41,245 nt of DNA from Sphaeroforma arctica JP610 (taxonomy: Eukaryota), in the NCBI RefSeq assembly GCF_001186125.1, contig NW_014040178.1, positions 22,209-63,453 on the forward strand, written 5' to 3'. This document shows positions 33,790-41,245 of the stretch, in pieces. Each line of letters starts with the position of its first letter. The first letter of the stretch is position 1. The notes beneath the pieces were generated by a model. That model was not told the DNA's origin, did not search any database, and was given only the letters and a program-made list of their open reading frames with translations. Made by a program: the position numbers and the translations under genes.

Positions 33790-36700
33790 CCTGAAAATGT
33801 CAGAGTGTGAAGAGAGAGAATGCAATCATTGCATTTCATTCTCCCCTGGATTGGTTCTCGACTGTGTCACCATGCTCTGAGGGTACTCCAGTATGCATGG
33901 ACTTAGTGTGGCGCGAGTGTGTAGGGCGAGCGGTATACGGCTGTGCTGACGTAGTCTGCTTTGATGACACCTTCTTGTTCGGGTTCCTTAATCTGATGTA
34001 CCCGTATATTGTAGTTTAGAGCCCTAGGCGCCCTTGCACGATGCATACGCACAGTCTTGAAACCAACCCCATAAACACCTATATGGAAACATCCCGTTCA
34101 CGAAGAACGATTGACGCAAGACACTTTTAGGGTTTTAGGGTTTTCTATATTATGCGCACTAGAACCGTCAATCGGCGTTCCATTTGCGCCTTGTGTGTTT
34201 ATATGGTATGCATTTCTTATATGGCACATGCCCGATACGAGTACTAACGGTTCCATTGCGACATAGCAGAACTTGCTACCGTTATCAGAACATAATACAC
34301 CCATGGTCAGCGAAGACTTGGCAACATAATCCAGCCACATTCTACGTCATCGTGTCCTCTAGAAGATAAAACAAGTCAACCGTGACGTCATATTAAAAAA
34401 AAGTGGCATACGCAACGGCCGCCTGTGTGCTCAGACATAGGCAGGTCAACCATATCAATGTTGACCGTGCGCCATGGGACATCTTTGGCCACTTTCTTAA
34501 GCGGTGCGAGCTCATAACGTATGATCTGTTTAAGCTCACAGTCTATACATGACTGATATACTTTGGCAATCAAAGTTGTCAGCCTGGGATGCGCTATATC
34601 ATTTCGCTTAGCGTTTTCAAGAGCGTCTACTACATTTTGATGCTTCAGCTTACGATTTTACGTCAGCCAAGCGAGAATGTTATAATCATTCTGCTCTCCA
34701 GTATAAAGGTAGGGTGTTGAAAATCCATTTCCGTGTTCTCTACGTCTGTAGCGTTTTCAATCTTGTAGTGTTTTCAGACTCCTTTCCTCCTTTTGTTTGT
34801 GCGGCTTTAGTGCGCTCGTATACATTAGCCACACTCGACTAATTTAATAGTCGCATAATGAGTGTGTATACTCCAGGATTATCTTTCATTAATTCCTTTA
34901 GAAAAAGTCACTGAAAGACTTCGGGCTTCGACTTTTATGTTCTTAAATACAGTACAAGCTAGAGATTGACGCTTCTTGCCTGCAGTGCCAGTAGTAGATT
35001 GTATTCCTTGTGCACAGACTTCACGTGCTGTATTGCCCTTGCACTGATTTATATTCTATTTGTTGGAGGGTGAAATCTCCGACTCTGCGATCTTTTTAAG
35101 AAAGGTCTCAGATGGTGTCCTTGAGGTTGTTCCTTTTGGATGTCTCCAGTGCGTCTTTTGGATTGCTCGGGTACCCTGATCGAGGAAGGAATCTACTTTC
35201 CTATCTAGATATATTGGCTCGCATTGTACCTTGCTTATTAATTTATTGAGCCACGGAACTAATTTCCGTAAGGAGTAACGCAACATTATGGTGGCTTTGT
35301 GTGTATATATGAGCGTATTTTAATAACTGGGCAATTAACTGCCATGGTGGATTGGCCCACGCATTATGTTTAGAGATATCTATTTGAAAAGCTTCTCCTA
35401 AGGATGATTAAATGTTCTATATTATGGTGTGCAACAAACATATCGATTTAATGTGGCCAAACTATATTTTCAGCCAGCTCGAACCATCGTGGATTACACT
35501 TCTAATCGGTGGCGATGAGCTCTCGTACTTATTAAACCTGGAAAATATATCTGGAAAATTGTTATGCATTTCGGGTAAATGTTCTATATCAAAGTGGAAC
35601 TTAGAAGTTATGTCATCCCATATATTAAGTAACTGAGGGTCTGGCTTCATCTCTTTCATATAACGAAGAGACTTTGGTTACGCATCAGCGTAGAAGCTGT
35701 TCCATAGAGAAAATCTTTAAAGTGTGTCCTAGCTGTAACAATAACTAGTAATTATTGTTTAACAGTTGAGTAATTCAACTGTGATGAAATTCATAACTCG
35801 ACTAAAGAGTTGTATTCAACTCGGTTTGTTATCGATAACCTGATGTAGTACTCCTCCAAGTGCTAAGTCGGAGGCGTCGGTTGCTATTTCGAATGGCACA
35901 TCATCCACTGGCCCTTGTACTCAAAATGCCTCATCACACTCCTTAGTCCACAGTTCTCCTAACATATTTTTTTGTGACATCTTAATAGTCCGAAAGATTT
36001 TAAGTAATCTGCTAGGTGTGGTACTCTATCTGAAAAGGAGTTTACAAGCCCACACATACTATTGATATCTTCCCCAGTAGTTGTTGTTTGCCAACCTAGG
36101 ATATGTTCTACCTTTCTGAGGTCAATTTTTATACCTTCTCCGGATACGATATCCTGAAAGTTGTATTTCACTCATAACGAAAAGATATTTCATCTCGTTA
36201 ATCATGAAATTTTGTACGTTGAGTCTTTGAAGGACTTTCCTTACTATTGCAGCGTGATCTTGCTTAGTCTTTAGAAAAATGACTGTGTCATCGATATAGA
36301 CTTGAACGTTAGGCTGTCTGCAAACATTTCTTCCACTACTTGTTGGAAGAACGCAGGTAAAGAGTGTAACACAAAAGGTGCTCTTTTGAAACGTTATAGG
36401 TTCCTCTTCCATAATAAAATAAAGTATTTACGATGTGGCTCATATATCTTCATTTGATGTTATCTTTCTGTCAGGTCTATAGTTGTAAACACTGTAGCGC
36501 CTTTCATTATCTTTGATAACTCGGTTTGTATGCGGTAAGTGAAGGCTAGGAATAGGCAAAAATTTATTCATTGTGCTCATATCTAAACACACTCTGCCCT
36601 TCTTATTCTTAAATGAACCGTCAGAGTTATGTTAGTCAGCATCTAGTAACACCAAGCTAACTGGCGTTTGTTGATAGTTCATTCTATCTCTCTATCTGCT

Positions 36701-38450
36701 ACCCACTTGTCTACCTTTTCTTTTACTACAGTCTCATGTCTCCAAGATACACAGTTTCTTGATACACATTTCAGCTTGGTAAAGTCTACATTGGTTAAGT
36801 CAAGGCTGACATATACGTCATCAAAGTGAAACTTAGCCCAGTCACCAATATTAATCTCTTTATTTACAAGAATAAAGTCCATAATCTTGCTTTCAAAGTC
36901 TGGGATTAATTCCTTGACTGTATTGGACGGTGATACATATGATTTCATACAGTTATCGTTGATTTGTTCTTTAAATGATATACGTTGTTAAGTAAACCAG
37001 TAACGGTATGTGTACTTTTGTGACATCTTCAGTATCACAACCTGGGTTGTGATATTGCAACCATCGGCCACATACTTGGACGTCTTCTCATCTGCTACTA
37101 AAATAAGGTGAGTAGTTCGTGTTCTTCGTTCGATATCTTTTAAAGCAAATCGATCGGATATACATTTTTTTTAAATTGAGATCAGTCAATACAAGGACTT
37201 TATTTCCGATGCATTATACAGGGAGATTTACACACACGTTCATTTAACAGTTCGTTGTATTGTCGCTGTAGGGATTGCACCCGGTAGTACCTTCACTCCA
37301 ACTTGATGTTGGTTTTCTTGTCACAAGACTTAGCATGATAGTCATTAGTCTTGTCGCACATGTTAACAAAGTGCTTACAAGTTGGCATATGTCGCCCGTT
37401 CCAGTACCGTTCGAGGTCAATTGATACATATCGTATCCACACTTCATATGCACCACTCATCTCTTAGTATGCTTGTATGGTGTTTCCTTTTTAGCAGGCG
37501 TTTTCTTATCACGTTGAGGTTTCCGGACAGTATCCAACGGGCGTGCTGATGGAATCGAGTTGCTCTCGTGGTTTCCTGACTGACCACCTTTTCTTTTAAG
37601 GTGACACGGTCCAAAGGATAGAAAATAGTCTTATCATAAAACTGATCCCAACGGAGACAAGTCAAGTGGAACTTCTGTATTCTCTTGGCCATTGTCCTGT
37701 GTTTCTTTAGTATACTTGCGACGAAGATCGATGTACAGCTTTTTGCGATCATTGCTGCCAATGGTTATGCAGAACATATGCATGGCTAGCAACGCATACC
37801 ATCGCGACTTGCCATTAGTGGTTATGTCAGGTCCGACTAAGTCCGCATCGAGCTTCAATATAAAGCTCAATACGGCAGTGCTCGGTGGTGGTGGTGCCAG
37901 GATCGAACGTATAGTAAATTAGGTGAATAACTGAACCTACCAACCTAGTACTATTTCCCAACCTAGTACTATTTCACCTAATTTATTACAAACGTAGTCT
38001 TGGGCTTTGCATATCTTTGTTCAGCAAGAATATCAACAACAATCGTAGTAGTCGACTTTTTCTTGGTCATGGATATCATGAGCGATTTTCATTGTGACCG
38101 TGACTTCAACGGCAAATCCGTTAAGTACATCTACATCCGCAGATTGGAATACATTCTTCGCGGGTTAATACAACACAGTACGATCAACACGAGCAAACTC
38201 TAAGTCGTCTGCTTGTTTACGGAAAGCTTTAGTTATGTTCGTCACACAATTATATAGTGCGATCAAGGCTTGTCCCTTACTGGCTATTGTTAAGTCAGCT
38301 GAATTTAGTTTAAACAACGTCGCTTTCTCCCACTTGGGTACTTCTGGCAAAGTACCCTTGCCTGCCGCGGAGTCTATATTATCCTCGAGTATGGAATACT
38401 CATCTCCAGAAGAGAATACAACTGGTGTCAATCTCTCCTAATCTTTAGGT
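33790..38450 (-). mobile_element. Decayed Ty3/Gypsy retrotransposon (gag, RT, RNase H, N6-MTase-like domain, integrase)
   Basis: VYIDD RT (~36290), PFEIATDASDLALGGVL and HLPEMHNNFPDIFSR RNase H, CIDC..PWRTVNIDMVDLP and SDNGSKF integrase; 5' limit uncertain. Confidence 0.88.
35130..35490 (-). pseudogene. Frameshifted N6-adenine DNA methyltransferase-like domain in Gypsy Pol
   Basis: Reconstructed across frameshifts: SSW..FG/PH*IDMFVAHHN (IDMF 35436-35447)..GEAFQIDISKHNAWANPPWQLIAQLL (NPPW 35342-35353)..KATIML..PWLNKL..SFLDQG..HW. Confidence 0.8.
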
Positions 38451-39909
38451 ACTGATTGTCGAAGTGCGGGACCTCTGGAATCCCGCTGTCGGCTTGGCAC
38501 TCAGATTTCTATGCTCTGAATCGTCATTCTTTTAACGGCGTTTTGCATAGAGCTTGCAGTGATGTCGTCGGAGACAGTTTGTTTAAGTGCTTTGCTTTCT
38601 CGCCAGAATCATACATGCGATCTGTTTGATCAGCTACTTGCTTCTCCTATCGAGGTTCTCATCAGTCTACATGAGCATTGGTCCGGTAAACTTGGTTACT
38701 GAGTCGGTCTGGCCTTTAGGGCTTGATACTTTGTCATTTATCAATCTTTTACATACAGATGGTTCATTATCGCCTCGGGGTTTGACATCGATTGCTGGGC
38801 GACTTTCCTTCTAAATTTCCTTTTCAGAAAAAGCGCACAAGGGTAAGCCTTAGAACCACCACAAGTGTCGCTACTCGTTTTCATATATGTAAACTTCAAA
38901 GTAGAGGCAATAGTTGGCCCTCTAGCTCTCTCCTTGGTGGCGTTGCCTTATCTTTCTGCAAATTGTTGTCTTGACCGAATTCTCCAGCTACATCCATTTT
39001 TTTCTCGGTGTAGAAATACGGCCTACGGTCAGTCTAAAATATCAAGATCAAATGAGATAACACATTGGTTTTTATTTGTATTTAAAATATTTTAATTCAA
39101 GTTCTTTTTCCAATATTCCCAAAGTGCTCTAAATTCACTTTGATGGCTCCAATAGCTTGAGTATTTGGTATGACTCATTTACTTGGACCTATTTGAGACG
39201 ATAGTAGATGTAGGATATTATAAACCAAATTTTATAATCTCTGAACTACTACCTACAGGTTTTGGTCTTATTGCCGATCTCCAAAATCCAATACGTCTTT
39301 TTCTTTTTTTTAAACTTTTCTTCAGATGGAACTTTATTTATATTCGCTAATGTATTAACTTGAATTACGTTCTTATGTCTATCTACAAATTAGACATGTG
39401 GTCATGAACACTTAGTACTTCTTGTGAAAATTAGTCAATAAGGAACAGCTAGAGGTACGTCCTGTGTGATCGAGGATATTAAGGCTCTTACCAAGAGGCA
39501 GTCCCGATCATTCTTACACAAGCTACCACTGCAAAATCCTAACTGACTTAAACTGTATCTCAGTTCATATAACAAAGTTTAAAACATAGATATATCCATC
39601 GAAGTTTACCTCGGCTTCATTTACGTTGCTGAGATGGAGTAAAATCTTTCATCGTTATCGTACTTTAAAAGTAAGATTTGCACTATTTTCTTAAGCATTA
39701 GTCAAGGTAAGAGCTTTTTTTCTGTGGTAGTCGATATCTACTACACTTAATCAGCTCAAAAAGTCAATACTTTGCAGTTTTAAAATTTGTAAAGACCAGT
39801 CTCTCAAACCGATATTAACGTGCCGAATCTGTTTAAGAATTTGAAGTTTCTTGGAGTTCAATTCAAAAGTAGAATGTACAAAAGTAGCCGAATGATAAGG
39901 TTAGGTATG

Positions 39910-41188
39910 CCTCGTGCGTTAGACATGAATTACTGGTTGTAGCATTGTCCCAGGGTATCGCCCCTTTCCGCGCTTATGACTTCCATGGCTTCAGCTGGCG
40001 ACACCCCCTCAACCGACTGGTGCTGTTCACCCGACCATGTAGCCCGTCGCCAACGCTGTGACAACATTAAGACAAACTCAACAAAACGCTGGTCCAACAA
40101 GGAAATCGAGGTAATGTCCCGGCGCTAGTAGTACTACCGACTGGTCATTGGTAAACCACCAGCCTCAAATCGGGACAAAGCCAGACACGACAGCTTCAAA
40201 CGTTACTTCGAGCCTACACTAATCCGGCTCTGTGCTATGATTGTAACGAATACGTACATGTTCATATTGTTCGACTATCGCACCGACGGCTGTCTCTACC
40301 ATGTCTGCCTTGGTGGCCACAGATTCACCACCAGCCACTTTAGCTGTATTCAATAATTGATTTGATGCATCCTGGTAGGCTCAAAACTGCCGTCCATTGA
40401 CCCTGACATCCACCAGCAATTGCAGGAGCGCCACGACTTCTACGGTATCTGGACCTTCCACGAACACCTTCCTCAACACGATGGCTAGCAATACGCCGCC
40501 TCAGCTTTCTACGACGGACTCTTCAACGACAGGCAATGATATAAAAATGGCTGACATCGTCAAAGAGGAGAGCCCAGTAGTATTGACCGATGATGAACAA
40601 TGTTAGGACCAATGAGGATGACGCTCTTCAACCCACAAGGACTCAATATGGACAACGCAGCACATACAGATAAGTGTTTGAACGTTATATCGATTTTAAG
40701 TCAGGTTGATGTTATGTGTGTGGTTGAAACCTGGCATAACACCACATTTCTTAATTATATACACTCGAACACACGCTATCATATACAACATCACACTACA
40801 CGGCATAATATCTTACACCCTTCACACTGTGGTATTGGTATCTTTTCCAAACACCACCCATCGAATTTTCAACTTGTACACTCTTCACCGTACGCGGTGT
40901 TCTTTGTGTGCTTTGGCGTTCATATGGCCGTGTTCTACTTCCACTCAAATCGCTTACTGAAGAAGACGTCAGGCGATACATTAATCCCCCCGAGATTGGT
41001 GGTTTCCAACCAGATGTCGTGTGGGGAGATTTCAACTTCAAAGCTCGGAAGTATGGCCATGTATCTACAAATCACGGACTCCCATCAATCTTTCCTGAAC
41101 CACTACAGCGACTATGAGAGCCATACCATATGTTCATACATTGTATCATACATACTTGCCATTTTTGAAATAAACAATATTATCCCTA
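39910..41188 (+). mobile_element. Rearranged LINE family A copy containing an ORF1-like tail and an APE endonuclease
   Basis: 39910-40470 matches the RT C-terminal region; 40600-41070 has LFNPQGL, VVETWH, GIGIF, VWGDFN (APE family); 41080-41188 is the family 3' end. Confidence 0.85.
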
Positions 41189-41245
41189 ATGCCTTAGAAT
41201 AAATAAATGCGAACGTAAATTCTAAATATAGTGTAAAATCGATAT

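Noticed and set aside
38165..38431. SAAGKG resembling the SAPGPDG motif of non-LTR RT
   Set aside because: No downstream RT motifs; more likely the Gypsy 5'/gag region or unknown.

Overview
Eukaryotic, intron-containing genomic window, plausibly from a unicellular holozoan or another opisthokont (inference from Gemin5, a syntenin-like PDZ gene, GT-AG introns and TA/TG microsatellites). The first ~9.2 kb holds two convergent host genes: the 3' part of a spliced Gemin5-like gene (+) and an intronless tandem-PDZ syntenin-like gene (-). 9.3-13.4 kb is AT-rich and contains small DNA-transposon relics (a 95-bp P-like MITE with a 7-bp TSD and a pogo-like remnant). 13.4-41.2 kb is a nest of decayed elements: an XPG/FEN1/EXO1-type nuclease pseudogene split by two LINE fragments, four copies of one LINE family, two Ty1/Copia and about four Ty3/Gypsy remnants. 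Main observation: two different LTR retrotransposon superfamilies here each carry a Dam/DIRS-type N6-adenine DNA methyltransferase-like domain in the Pol region at the start of integrase. In the Copia it lies in frame between the HH and CC halves of the integrase HHCC zinc finger. In the Gypsy it lies between RNase H and integrase, with a canonical NPPW motif that the ORF track misses. Second: the LINE family has a conserved ~215-codon reading frame after a conserved in-frame TAA. All calls are by-eye motif recognition; no database search was run.
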